A stretch of DNA of 64,000 bases from an uncultured Parachlamydiaceae bacterium (GCA_963752155.1 CAVVXH010000010.1:128001-192000), one strand, 5' to 3'. Positions 44,076 through 54,153 are shown, counted from the stretch's first letter. Notes: generated by a model from the sequence alone, not told the origin. Made by a program: numbers and translations.

Positions 44076-45798
44076 CTACTCGCTTTTTTTCTTCCGCTTT
44101 GATGTCACTACGATATCATCGCGATTCACTTGATTTTGATCAATCAAATATTCTTTGATGGACAAAGCGATTTTCTTATGCTCAGGATCTAGTTTGATGA
44201 CTTTTGCTGTGACTTCATCACCTTTAGCGACAATATCTTCGACTTTACCGAAAGCTTGGTCAGAAAGTTCTGTCACATGGATAAGTCCTTCGATACCACT
44301 GTCGAGTTCCACAAAGGCTCCAAAAGCAGTGATTTTGGTGACTTTACCTTTGACAAGTGATCCTACTGGCATCGTTTTTTCAATAGTTTCCCATGGATTG
44401 TTGCTTAGTTGTTTAACACCTAGAGTGATCTTTTTACTTTCTCATGATCGACGGAAAGAACAACAGCATCGATCACATCGCCTTTCGTAAGAATTTCAGA
44501 AGGATGAGACACTTTCTTGATCCAGCTTAAGTCGGAAATGTGAATCAGTCCTTCAACACCTGGCTCTAATTCAACAAAAGCCCCGTAGTTGGTTAGGCTG
44601 CGGATTTCAGCTTTGACTGATGTGCCGACAGGATATTTCTTCTCGACATCATCCCAAGGATTATGTTCAGCTTGTTTAATGCCCAAGAGAAATTTTGCCT
44701 TCTTCTTTTTGGACTAGAAAGAACAATCGCTTCGACTTCATCGCCTTTTTTGACAACTTCGTTAGGGTCGGTGATATTTTTCACCCAAGACATTTCTGAG
44801 ACGTGGATAAGACCTTCGATGCCTGGTTCAATTTCGATGAATGCTCCGTAAGGAAGGAGATTGACAATTTTGCCTCTGACACGTGTTCCTGGAGGATATT
44901 TTCTGTTCAATTTGATCCCAAGGATTGTTTGTCTTTTTGTTTAAGTCCAAGAGCAACGCGTCCTTTGTCTTTGTCGACGCTGAGGATCATCACTTCAAGT
45001 TTTTGACCTAAGCTGCACCATTTCCGAAGGATGTTTAATACGCTTCCATGTCATGTCGGTGATATGGAGCAGGCCGTCGATGCCATCGAGATCAAGGAAT
45101 ACGCCGAAGTCGGTGATATTTTTAACGATTCCTTCACGGATGATCGCCAACTTGAATATTTTCAAGGAGATCTGCTTTCTTGGAAATTCGTTCTGCTTCA
45201 AGCAAGTTCGCGGCGCGATACAACAACGTTTTTGCGTTCGATATTGATCTTGAGAATCTTGAATTCGTAAGTTTTGCCGATGTAATCATCGAGATTTTTA
45301 ATGCGTTTGTTATCGATCTGTGAACCGGGTAGGAATGCTTCCATCCCAATGTCGACCATGAGGCCGCCTTTGACTTTGCGTAGTAACGCGTCCTTTAACA
45401 ATCGAGCCTTCTTCACAATGTGATAAAATGTGTTCCCATTGGCGAAGGCGTTCAGCTTTTTCGCGTGATAGAACAATTTGCCCATTATCATCTTCTGCTT
45501 GGTCTAATAAGACTTCGACTTCGTCATCTAAAAGGACTTGAGAAGGATCAGAAAATTCTTCGATTGGCACGAGTCCTTCAGATTTGAGTCCTACATCGAC
45601 AACGACATGGTCTTTTGTAATTTCTACTATTCGGCCAACTAAAATTGTACCCGGAGTGTGTTGTGGTGTTTCCGGTGTTATAGCCGTTTCTTTTACACCT
45701 AAAAGCTTTTTAAAGTCTTGGGCATCTTGCTCATGGAAGGAGACATCGTCAATGATGTTGCTCTCTGTCCAGCTGTGTTGTTGAGGGTTTTTAGGCAT
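44076..45798 (-). CDS. rpsA: 30S ribosomal protein S1 (multiple frameshifts, probably sequence errors)
   Basis: Successive S1 repeats ([53 protein letters not shown]) spread over several frames. Confidence 0.93.
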
Positions 45799-45917
45799 CT
45801 TTAGGGAATCTCCTGTTTCATTGTAGTTGATTTTAGCCAAAGCAAAATAAAATAGCAACATCTTATTTGGCCTCGAATTTTCAGTGCGACTTATTACCCA
45901 GATGTCTAGGGAAGATT

Positions 45918-46055
45918 ACAAAATCGACTGATGCGAAATACTAAGAAAAATTAAACGCAAAGGCACGAAGGCGCAAAGAGCACAAAGAGATCTTTGCGCC
46001 TTCGTGTCTTTGCGTTTAATTTTTTCCTATACTTTATATCTTAATATCGCAGCAT
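45918..46055. repeat. Composite palindromic element, family D (copy 3, spacer deleted)
   Basis: Same ends and arms; arms are joined directly at AGATCT. Confidence 0.85.
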
Positions 46056-46128
46056 AAACACACTTTGCTGTTGAATTTTTGTTAGATTTTGGTGATAATG
46101 GTCCTAATTTTAATCGAGACAAATATTC

Positions 46129-46614
46129 ATGGAAAAATTTATTTCAAGTGACAGGCGGCCTGAAAATTTCGAGAAGGCTCTGGTCTGCTCAGGTGGATAT
46201 TGCACTTTTGAAGGAAAATTACTCTTGTTAAAGCGCCATCCAAAAAAACTCTTTGGTGATATGTGGGGAGTTCCGGGTGGAAAGGTTGAATCAGGGGAGT
46301 CTCCAGAGGAAGGGCTAATACGAGAAGTCTTTGAAGAAGTGGGTATTGTTATCGACAAAACTCTTATCGAACCTATTCATACGCTTTATATTCAGTCAGC
46401 AGACTCTTTATCTCATAGGGTGGTGTATCACATGTTCTACTGTCCTTTAAGTGAACTCCCAGAGCTCACCCTGCATCTTGAAGAACATTTAGAGGCCCAA
46501 TGGGTTACTCCAAGCGAAGGATTAATGCTTCCGCTTGTGACTGCCGGAGGAATAGAAGGGATGCAAATCTATCAACGTTTTTTGCTGCAGCATCAAGGGA
46601 TCAAAAATGATTAA
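46129..46614 (+). CDS. NUDIX hydrolase
   Basis: Nudix box GGKVESGESPEEGLIREVFEEVG. Confidence 0.92.
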   Translation: MEKFISSDRRPENFEKALVCSGGYCTFEGKLLLLKRHPKKLFGDMWGVPGGKVESGESPEEGLIREVFEEVGIVIDKTLIEPIHTLYIQSADSLSHRVVYHMFYCPLSELPELTLHLEEHLEAQWVTPSEGLMLPLVTAGGIEGMQIYQRFLLQHQGIKND

Positions 46615-48106
46615 ACCCCTGTTAGGTCTATTATTTTTAAAAACAGTCCTTTTAGCTCTTTTGATTTATTCAGGAACTATAGGCTTAGGTCCTGATGAAG
46701 CTCAGTATTGGACTTGGAGTCAGCAGCTTGACATTGGATACTATAGTAAACCTCCTGGTATTGCCTGGCAAATCGCTTCGGGGACAGCCTTATTTGGCAA
46801 TACCGAATTTGGAGTCCGCTTTTTTTCTCTGGTGATTGGATTTGTGTTGCCATTAGCCGTTTACGCCTTGGCTCGTTCGTGTCGATTACAGCCGATGACA
46901 TCTTTTTGGGCTGCATTAGTCATGGCATTGACTCCACTTGGAATATTAGCCTCTGTGCTAGCCATAACCGATGGAGGCAATGTATTGTTTTGGGCTCTAG
47001 CAATGGCTGTGGTCTGTTCTTCTTTAGAAGAAGAGAGGCCTCAACGTTTTTATTTGATCGGAGTGCTTATCTTCTGTGGCAGTCTATTCAAATGGCCTAT
47101 GTATCTTTTTTGGGGCTTTGTCATTGCTCTGGAAGTGTGGAAACGTCGTCCATTTTCATGGAATTTAATAGGAGGAATTTTATTATCTCTTTTGGGTTTG
47201 CTGCCAGCTGTTATTTGGAATGCACAAAGAGATTTCCCCACCTTCAGGCACGTATTTTCAACCATGTATGGTAAAGAGACCATTGATGTCGGTACGACCA
47301 CTCTGATCAAAGGAAATTTTTTTGAATTCCTCGGAGCTCAAGGTTTGTTATTTTCTCCGATTTTATTTATTTGCTTAGTTTTTGCATTTATTGCACTCTT
47401 TAAGACTCGAAACACTTTGAATGATTCTTTGAAGTTTTGTGGAGCATCCACGCTCGTCGTTTTAATGGTGTACGCCACCTATTCGTGCTTTAAGAAAATG
47501 CAAGGCAATTGGTGTGATTTCATCTATCCTGCAGCTTGTGTATTAATTGCTTGGTACAGTTGTGAGTATAACAAGAAATTTCCATTTCATTCGACCTCTC
47601 TTTGGCTTAAAACAGGATTAGCTTCATCGATTATCCTCGTGGGGACCTTGTTTGCTTTTCCTCAGCCCTTTAAGCATAATTTAGGATGGATGGCTTTACA
47701 AAGTGCTCTTGTTGATGTGGGATATAATCCATCTGAGCAATTTCTTTTTGGAGATAAATATCAGATGAGCAGTTTGCTAAGCTTTTATGGACCCGAACAA
47801 AAGCGCGCCTATTTTTTTAATTTACAAGGAATGCGTCATAATCAATTTTCTTATTGGCCGGGGATGGAAGTGGAGCAATTAGGCAAAAATGGACTTTTTA
47901 TCGCTGCGGAACGAAGCAATTCGGAGGAAAATAATCAATCACTGATTAAACGATATCAAAAGGCGCTTCGACCTTATTTTGCCGATGTTCAGCTTTTGGG
48001 AGTCTACCCTCTTGTTGTTTGGCATGATAAAATTTTAAAAAATGCTTTTATTTTTGAGTGTTGTATGTATAATGGGGGTGCCCCAGATGTTTCTAAATCT
48101 TATTGA
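46607..48106 (+). CDS. GT-C fold membrane glycosyltransferase (PMT/ArnT-like)
   Basis: PDEAQYWTWS...GYYSKPP, multiple TM segments. Confidence 0.85.
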   Translation: MIKPLLGLLFLKTVLLALLIYSGTIGLGPDEAQYWTWSQQLDIGYYSKPPGIAWQIASGTALFGNTEFGVRFFSLVIGFVLPLAVYALARSCRLQPMTSFWAALVMALTPLGILASVLAITDGGNVLFWALAMAVVCSSLEEERPQRFYLIGVLIFCGSLFKWPMYLFWGFVIALEVWKRRPFSWNLIGGILLSLLGLLPAVIWNAQRDFPTFRHVFSTMYGKETIDVGTTTLIKGNFFEFLGAQGLLFSPILFICLVFAFIALFKTRNTLNDSLKFCGASTLVVLMVYATYSCFKKMQGNWCDFIYPAACVLIAWYSCEYNKKFPFHSTSLWLKTGLASSIILVGTLFAFPQPFKHNLGWMALQSALVDVGYNPSEQFLFGDKYQMSSLLSFYGPEQKRAYFFNLQGMRHNQFSYWPGMEVEQLGKNGLFIAAERSNSEENNQSLIKRYQKALRPYFADVQLLGVYPLVVWHDKILKNAFIFECCMYNGGAPDVSKSY

Positions 48107-48155
48107 CAAATAATAATGAAATGAAAAATGTGAAACTAAATTTTAGGAGGTAAAA

Positions 48156-48578
48156 ATGTCAAAAGCTATAAATAAAATTTATGATCAACTTCAATCAAAA
48201 GTGGATCTCTTAATGCCAATTAACACTAAAGTAGAAAACCTTCCTTTGGACGAACTTGTCAAAATTTTTGCAGAATTCTTAACCAATTTAGATAAAGTCA
48301 AAGGGGTAGAGTTTAAAGATCAGCACTCATTGAGATTAATGGGATTGCGCTTTCGCCGCTATTCTAGATGTAAACTTGATGATACCTCGTGGTTAGGTTT
48401 ATTTAAAAAGATCTTTTCGTGTTTTAGAAATTTAGTTGTTCTCGGAACTTTTACAAGTTCAGCGACTTTGGGATTCAATCAGGCGAATAAACTGATTGAA
48501 GCATTAGATATACTAGAAGAAACTTTAAAGATTAATACGCATGCGTCACTTTCCGGAAAAGCTCAATCCTTCTCGTAA
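48156..48578 (+). CDS. Hypothetical protein
   Basis: 140-aa ORF with RBS AGGAGG. Confidence 0.6.
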   Translation: MSKAINKIYDQLQSKVDLLMPINTKVENLPLDELVKIFAEFLTNLDKVKGVEFKDQHSLRLMGLRFRRYSRCKLDDTSWLGLFKKIFSCFRNLVVLGTFTSSATLGFNQANKLIEALDILEETLKINTHASLSGKAQSFS

Positions 48579-49482
48579 CGTGTCTAAGAGAAGAATAGAA
48601 CGAAGAAGAAATCTCGTTTATTCTGCCTCTTGGGGCGTTTTTATTCGAATATTGATCATTGCTTTTGAATTATGCGGGGTTTGGCTTTATGGGAGCTCTG
48701 CCTTATTGCTCGATGCTCTGGCCTCAATTGTTGATGTCGTTTCCAGTTTGTTATTGATTCTATTTATTCGACTAGCTGATCGCCCCCCTGATAGAAGCCA
48801 TCCCTTTGGCCATGGTCGTTACGAACCACTTGTGGGATTGCAGCTTGGGTTACTTCTTTTAGTCGTTGGTGTAGGGATGTTTTTCCGCCAGCTTTTTTTA
48901 TTTCACGATATTCCTTTAGAAGAAGCCATCAATTCACGTGCTTGGGTTTTTCCTGTAGTAGCTGTTATTTTATTAGAAATATGTTATCGGGTTGTGAGTA
49001 GTGCAGCAAAAAAGCAGAATAGCCCTGCGATGATTGCCGATGCCTTTCACTATCGCATTGATGCAATAACAAGCTTATTTGCAGCGATCGCCTTAGTTTT
49101 TGGGGCTCTTTATCCTCAACTGAGCCAAATTTTTGATCATGTTGGAGCGTTAATCATTGCGTTATTGATGATCGTGCTGGGGGGATATGCCTCGCGGGAG
49201 AACATGAATCAACTTTTGGATCATGCACCTGATCCTAGTCTTGAAGCTAAAGTAAGAGCTGCTGCGATGCGTGCAAAAGGCGTTTTGGGAACTGAAAAGC
49301 TTGGCATTCTGCTTTATGGTCCTGATGCCCATGTGGATATTGATGTTGAAGTAGAACCTTCTTTGACCGTTTTGGAGGCCCATGAAATCAGTCAAAGAGT
49401 GAGGGTGGAAATTCAAAACGATTGGCCTGCAGTGCGCGATGTGATTGTCCATATTGAACCTTATTATCCTAATGATCATTGA
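48541..49482 (+). CDS. Cation diffusion facilitator transporter
   Basis: HPFGHGRYE, DAFHYRID, EAHEI, DVIVHIEP. Confidence 0.93.
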   Translation: MRHFPEKLNPSRNVSKRRIERRRNLVYSASWGVFIRILIIAFELCGVWLYGSSALLLDALASIVDVVSSLLLILFIRLADRPPDRSHPFGHGRYEPLVGLQLGLLLLVVGVGMFFRQLFLFHDIPLEEAINSRAWVFPVVAVILLEICYRVVSSAAKKQNSPAMIADAFHYRIDAITSLFAAIALVFGALYPQLSQIFDHVGALIIALLMIVLGGYASRENMNQLLDHAPDPSLEAKVRAAAMRAKGVLGTEKLGILLYGPDAHVDIDVEVEPSLTVLEAHEISQRVRVEIQNDWPAVRDVIVHIEPYYPNDH

Positions 49483-49492
49483 AAGGAAGAAT

Positions 49493-50020
49493 ATGATTAA
49501 TTGGCTTTCGAATCTGTTAGATCGTGTGTTTGCCGTTGGTGGAGCATTGATCTGTTTTCAGGCTCCTGTTTTCATGCAACAGTATGGACATCAACTTTCT
49601 GGCAGAGTGGAAGAGCTCAAGTTGCAAATCAATGGGATGATGAACGTTGCAATCCAAGGGCAGAAGACCCTTCCGCAATTTATTCAACGCTTTATAGAGA
49701 GTGGTGATCCCGATTTTATGCGCCAAGGCCAACTGATGCAATGGACATCAGAGAGGTACGAGAAACTTTCTGAGGCTTATCAAGCCTTAACACATGCATC
49801 AGTTATCTCTAAGCCGTTTGTTTTTTTGCGAGATTTCAATTGGACGATAGCGCAATCGACATTTAACGAATATCAACCGGGGATATCTTTCACCTTTGAG
49901 GGGATGGTCTATGGGCTTTTGGGTATAGGTTTAGGATATGGGCTTTTTTATTTACTGAGCGGTCTTGTTAATGGTTTTTTTGGGTTATTTAGAAGGAAAA
50001 GAGTTGTGGAACATCATTAG
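49493..50020 (+). CDS. DUF2937-like membrane protein
   Basis: QAPVFMQQYGHQLSGRVEEL and C-terminal TFEGMVYGLLG TM segment. Confidence 0.7.
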   Translation: MINWLSNLLDRVFAVGGALICFQAPVFMQQYGHQLSGRVEELKLQINGMMNVAIQGQKTLPQFIQRFIESGDPDFMRQGQLMQWTSERYEKLSEAYQALTHASVISKPFVFLRDFNWTIAQSTFNEYQPGISFTFEGMVYGLLGIGLGYGLFYLLSGLVNGFFGLFRRKRVVEHH

Positions 50021-50178
50021 GGACTGGGCAAAAATAACTTGCACGATTCGGCTGCGCCAAAGCCCCGTGGTTGAACGATCGAAAGTGACCCCATATTATA
50101 ATATGGGGTCACTTTCGATCGTTCAACCACGGGAGCTTTCGCGTTGCCCAATCGTACAAGTTATTATTGCCCAGTCCC
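50020..50178. mobile_element. Fully palindromic 159-bp MITE with TTA target duplication
   Basis: TTA-GGGACTGGGCAA...TTGCCCAGTCCC-TTA; perfect core CCCGTGGTTGAACGATCGAAAGTGACCCCATATTA|TAATATGGGG... Confidence 0.8.
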
Positions 50179-50916
50179 TTAAGGAAAAAACCAATGCTTT
50201 TGCAGTTCATCATAAAGAGTTTGAGGGAGCTGAACGAGTGCTGGATTTTTATCTGCATCTAACCAGCAAACAACCTTATTTAGATTTTCATATGTCATGA
50301 CTGTACACCCTGCAGTCCCGGAATTTTCATGTCGCCATATGTGGAAAAAAATGCAAGAACCTGCTTCAAATTGAGGATTAGGGTAATTATGATTGACGAC
50401 AAACCCTAGTTTATAAAGAGAAATTTCAGCCATCTTTTCCGAACTTTTCCAATCGCAATCAACTTCATGACTATTGACGATGCAGTTATAGTGCTGGGAT
50501 TGCGAGTCGTCAACAGCTTCAATTGTGTCATTAACTTGGATATAATCCATTTTCAGATGGTTCATCTCGGAATTTGGGGAGAACCCAAAAGCAGTGCCAA
50601 TTGAGAAAATGCCCGCAGGGGATTTGAGATCGCCTTCTCTTTTTAATGGGATAACTTTGTTAATGGGAAAAGGCTGTAAACCAAGCCCCCAGGCAAGTCC
50701 AGCCTTTCCTAATACTACCGGAATCCGTTCTCCAACAAGGGTCCAAGATTCATCCTTACTAGCCCTTTCATATCTTTGTAAACTAGCTCGAACTTCGTTC
50801 CAATCTGAACTAATCACGACTAATAATTGCTTATGGTCCTTCAAGACCTCTTGACAATACCCAATGCATGCTTCCATGAGTAATACAGAGCAGGCTAACC
50901 ATCGAAATATTTTCAT
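50179..50916 (-). CDS. L,D-transpeptidase (YkuD-like) catalytic-domain protein
   Basis: KREGDLKSPAG, GSCIFFH...TAGC (HxxxC catalytic motif), signal peptide. Confidence 0.82.
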   Translation of the reverse strand: MKIFRWLACSVLLMEACIGYCQEVLKDHKQLLVVISSDWNEVRASLQRYERASKDESWTLVGERIPVVLGKAGLAWGLGLQPFPINKVIPLKREGDLKSPAGIFSIGTAFGFSPNSEMNHLKMDYIQVNDTIEAVDDSQSQHYNCIVNSHEVDCDWKSSEKMAEISLYKLGFVVNHNYPNPQFEAGSCIFFHIWRHENSGTAGCTVMTYENLNKVVCWLDADKNPALVQLPQTLYDELQKHWFFP

Positions 50917-50945
50917 ATTAACTCCTGCTAAGTTTCTTAAGTTAT

Positions 50946-51791
50946 TCATTCCGAAAGTGTGCGCGCTGCTCTATAAGCAAAACGTCCGGATCCATTCCAA
51001 TCTGGATCTGTGAGGCTGCTGATGCGGATGTAAGGGGCATTTTCGGCAACAGGGGAGTGGATAAATTTCTGGTCTCCTAAATATAAACCCACATGTCGAA
51101 TTTTATCTTTATCAAGACCAAAAAAAATGAGATCACCGGCAGAAAGATCTTCGATCGGGATGCTTTTAAATTTTTCCCAAGCCATTTGGTCTTTGCTATC
51201 GCGAGGGAGATAAAGTCCCATTTGGCGATAGAGCATTTGGACAAAACCTGAACAGTCGTAACCAAAGCTAGAGCGTCCACCCCAAGTGTACGGTAGATCT
51301 AGAAAATTCAAGCTTAGGGAGCATATTTTGTTTTTATCTAATAAATCATTACTGAATGTCACGTCACCTCTTTGAATGAAAGCTTCGCGTCCATCGACTA
51401 GCATCACCTTGATCCAACGGCTATTTGAGGTTCCTTTTGGTTCAATGACTTCTAGGCGTGAATCAAAAGGTAGAGTTAAAATTGGACCATAGGTTGTGTC
51501 TTCAAGGCCATAGAGATGAGCAGCGCAACGATTGATTTTAGCTAAAACGCTATTGGGATCAGATAAAAATAAAGTAGGTCGTTTGCAAAAGCCTTTGTTT
51601 TTAATCCATCCTTGGTAATGATCAAGGGCAGTTTCTATTTTAAGCCATTCTGGCGTTTCTTCAAGGATGTTGATTTGTTCAGAGTAGTACGCTTGTGAAA
51701 CAATTTCAGAATTGTCAGTAGGCTGTTCTCGCATCTCGATGACGGGAGTGTTGATATAAAAAAATAGAGCAGCTAGGAAAGATACTGTCAT
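50946..51791 (-). CDS. SH3 + NlpC/P60 peptidoglycan peptidase (YkfC-like)
   Basis: PYTWGG..GYDCSG, LPRDS, GDLIFF, HVGLY..FIHS. Confidence 0.9.
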   Translation of the reverse strand: MTVSFLAALFFYINTPVIEMREQPTDNSEIVSQAYYSEQINILEETPEWLKIETALDHYQGWIKNKGFCKRPTLFLSDPNSVLAKINRCAAHLYGLEDTTYGPILTLPFDSRLEVIEPKGTSNSRWIKVMLVDGREAFIQRGDVTFSNDLLDKNKICSLSLNFLDLPYTWGGRSSFGYDCSGFVQMLYRQMGLYLPRDSKDQMAWEKFKSIPIEDLSAGDLIFFGLDKDKIRHVGLYLGDQKFIHSPVAENAPYIRISSLTDPDWNGSGRFAYRAARTLSE

Positions 51792-51909
51792 GACGTGATC
51801 CTTTTTAATTTGAGAGATGTGGAGCTATGCAATTCAGAGGATAGATTCAAATGGTTAAAAAAATCCAGAACTTTATTTCGAAGGCTTGCGATTTGTGCCT
51901 GAACGTTGT

Positions 51910-52191
51910 TTATGGATCACTTCTTCTTTTTTCTTTCAAAAGATCGATAAACATTTGGTAAAGTTGATCTGTACGTGCTGAGCTTTGATCCATACGCGTT
52001 GAAAACTGATCCATCTGTGCGATTTGCGCCTTTGTATCGTTGTCAACTTTTGTAGAAAGGACATTGATGTCCTTTTCAAGACGAGAAATGTGTCCAATCA
52101 GGTCAGTTTTAAAATTTCTTAAAAAAGCATAAACAGCACCAATCGATGCAATAGCGGTTGCGAGTATTGTCAGAAGAATTGTCCAATCCAT
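51910..52191 (-). CDS. Small membrane-anchored coiled-coil hypothetical protein
   Basis: N-terminal TM helix followed by a heptad-rich segment. Confidence 0.6.
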   Translation of the reverse strand: MDWTILLTILATAIASIGAVYAFLRNFKTDLIGHISRLEKDINVLSTKVDNDTKAQIAQMDQFSTRMDQSSARTDQLYQMFIDLLKEKRRSDP

Positions 52192-52338
52192 ATTCAGTGA
52201 TCTCCCATTTTAGGCTTTAATTTTAGGTTAACAGATTTGCTTCTTTCATGTCAAAATTTAATGCTAGATAGATTTCTCGTACAGGCTTTATTCATATATG
52301 TGACTTCTCATTAGTATGCACCCCTGATTATAACATCC

Positions 52339-52574
52339 AAAAAATTTTTGGAGTGCGCGTGGCTTTGCCACCGCAGAACACAGCCTCTATACGAGTCATG
52401 CCGGCAGACGTAGCCTCGATAGAACTCAAGCAAGCTTTCTAAACCGCTACAACAAAGGAGAATTCAAATTGTAACAACGATAGTATGAGTTAATGGAGGC
52501 AACGTCTACCGGCATGACTCGTATAGAGGCTGCGTTCTGCGGTGGCAAAGCCACGCGCACTCCAAAAATTTTTT
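52339..52574. repeat. REPIN-like long inverted repeat (GGAGTGCG family, copy 2)
   Basis: ~79-bp arms starting AAAAAATTTTTGGAGTGCGCGTGGCTTTGCCACCGC; inner arm and spacer differ from copy 1. Confidence 0.85.
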
Positions 52575-52609
52575 AGAAGTCCGTCGGAAATGGCAAGGCG
52601 CTTTCCTTA

Positions 52610-53059
52610 CTATAGCTTGAAATCGAGCTGCCGCCATGCTTCATAAAGGGCAATTCCAACCGTTGTGGCAAGATTTAAACAACGTGCTTCGGGTTGCATA
52701 GGCAAAGTTAGGCAACGATCCGCATACTTTTCCATCAGTGAAGAGGGTAGACCTGTGGTTTCAGAGCCAAATATTAACCAATCTTCCGAACTGTAATGCT
52801 CATCGCAGTACCGCTTTTTTGCTTTGCTTGAAAATAGATAAAAGTTAGCAGGAGCAGTCTCTAAATAAGCTTCTAGATCATCAATGAACGCAACGTCAAC
52901 TCCTTCCCAATAATCTAACCCCGCACGTTTCAACCAGCGATTTGATACACTGAATCCAAGAGGTCTCACAAGAACTAGTGAAGCCCCTGTCACATGACAA
53001 GTGCGGACAATATTGCCTGTGTTTTGAGGTATTTGGGGCTGGAAAAGAATCACTTTCAT
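52610..53059 (-). CDS. trmL: tRNA (cytidine34-2'-O)-methyltransferase
   Basis: PQIPQNTGNI, RAGLDYW, FGSETTGLP, RCLNLA. Confidence 0.93.
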   Translation of the reverse strand: MKVILFQPQIPQNTGNIVRTCHVTGASLVLVRPLGFSVSNRWLKRAGLDYWEGVDVAFIDDLEAYLETAPANFYLFSSKAKKRYCDEHYSSEDWLIFGSETTGLPSSLMEKYADRCLTLPMQPEARCLNLATTVGIALYEAWRQLDFKL

Positions 53060-53114
53060 GGATTAAAACTGCTTGCAAATCGAAAATGTGCCCATTAATT
53101 ACGGGGTTCAGTGT

Positions 53115-53148
53115 TAGTCCAGGCTCGGTCATGACCGAGCCTGGACTA
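53115..53148. repeat. 34-bp perfect palindrome (REP-like or terminator)
   Basis: TAGTCCAGGCTCGGTCA|TGACCGAGCCTGGACTA just after the mip stop. Confidence 0.75.
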
Positions 53149-53154
53149 TATCAA

Positions 53155-54153
53155 TTAAGATTTTGATTTGGAATTGATTTCAAAATCATCCTCATCGTCT
53201 AAATCATCATTTTCAGCTAAATCTTCGTCTTCATCCAATTCATCTTCATCGAAGTATTTGCTTGAGGCTTTGTTTATTTTGCCTTGGCCTTCAGCTAGCG
53301 CTAATGGAGAATAATCATCATCATCCTCATCCGAGTCATTGGCATCATTGGCGTCTGCCGTATTGGCTTTTACGACTTCAATATCAAATATGAGTAGAGA
53401 ATTAGGTGGAAGGTGTCCTGTCATGCCATAACCGAGGTCTGGATGGATGATCAGTCGTCGCTTTTCACCCTCTTTCATCCCTGCAATACCGAGACTAAAG
53501 CCTGGAACCGTTTGATCCAATGGGATAGAGACTGGACCGGTTTCTTCTGAACTCCCGAAAACAGTTCCATCGATAAATTTACCTGTATAGTTAATTTGAG
53601 GCGTTGCATGAGGAGCAACAACTTCCCCTTTTCCTTCTGTGATAATTTGATAGTACAATTTATTCGGTTGTAATTCGATCATTCCTGGATTGTTTGCATT
53701 TTTTTGGATATAATCAGTTGCAGCTTTCAGGTTTTCTTTAGAGGCTTTCTCGATGGCATTTTTCTGTACCATGAGCATCATTTTCTCATATTCCTTATCT
53801 GACATTGGAGCAGGCTTTCCTGCTGCACCGTCGCGAATACCTTTGATGACAGCATCAAGATTAAATTCCATCCCTGGGCTCTTTAAATGACGTCCAATGA
53901 AATGTCCAAAAGCTTCAGAAACTTTTGTCATATCTAATTCTACAGGAGCATCTTTTGTTAATGTGGCACTATTCACTGCGGATTGTGCTGCGGCTTCTTT
54001 AGCATTTACAGTTGAAGAAGTCGTGGCATTTGAGTTTTGGGTAGCACTCTTGGTGCTAGGAAGAGCATCAGCAGCATAAAGAGCTGCAGAACCTAGAACT
54101 GCAGCAACCGCTGCTAAAGCTAGTTTTCGTTTTTTTGTTAGCATCTGTGTCAC
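53155..54153 (-). CDS. mip: Mip-like FKBP-type peptidyl-prolyl isomerase with acidic C-terminal tail
   Basis: SEAFGH N-domain, YTGKFIDGTVF, GMKEGEKR..IHPDLGYG, PPNSLLIFDIE; adjacent to trmL. Confidence 0.88.
   Translation of the reverse strand: MTQMLTKKRKLALAAVAAVLGSAALYAADALPSTKSATQNSNATTSSTVNAKEAAAQSAVNSATLTKDAPVELDMTKVSEAFGHFIGRHLKSPGMEFNLDAVIKGIRDGAAGKPAPMSDKEYEKMMLMVQKNAIEKASKENLKAATDYIQKNANNPGMIELQPNKLYYQIITEGKGEVVAPHATPQINYTGKFIDGTVFGSSEETGPVSIPLDQTVPGFSLGIAGMKEGEKRRLIIHPDLGYGMTGHLPPNSLLIFDIEVVKANTADANDANDSDEDDDDYSPLALAEGQGKINKASSKYFDEDELDEDEDLAENDDLDDEDDFEINSKSKS

Noticed and set aside
44076..45798. rpsA as a true pseudogene or programmed frameshift
   Set aside because: Essential gene with numerous scattered indels and conserved protein sequence; sequencing error is more parsimonious.
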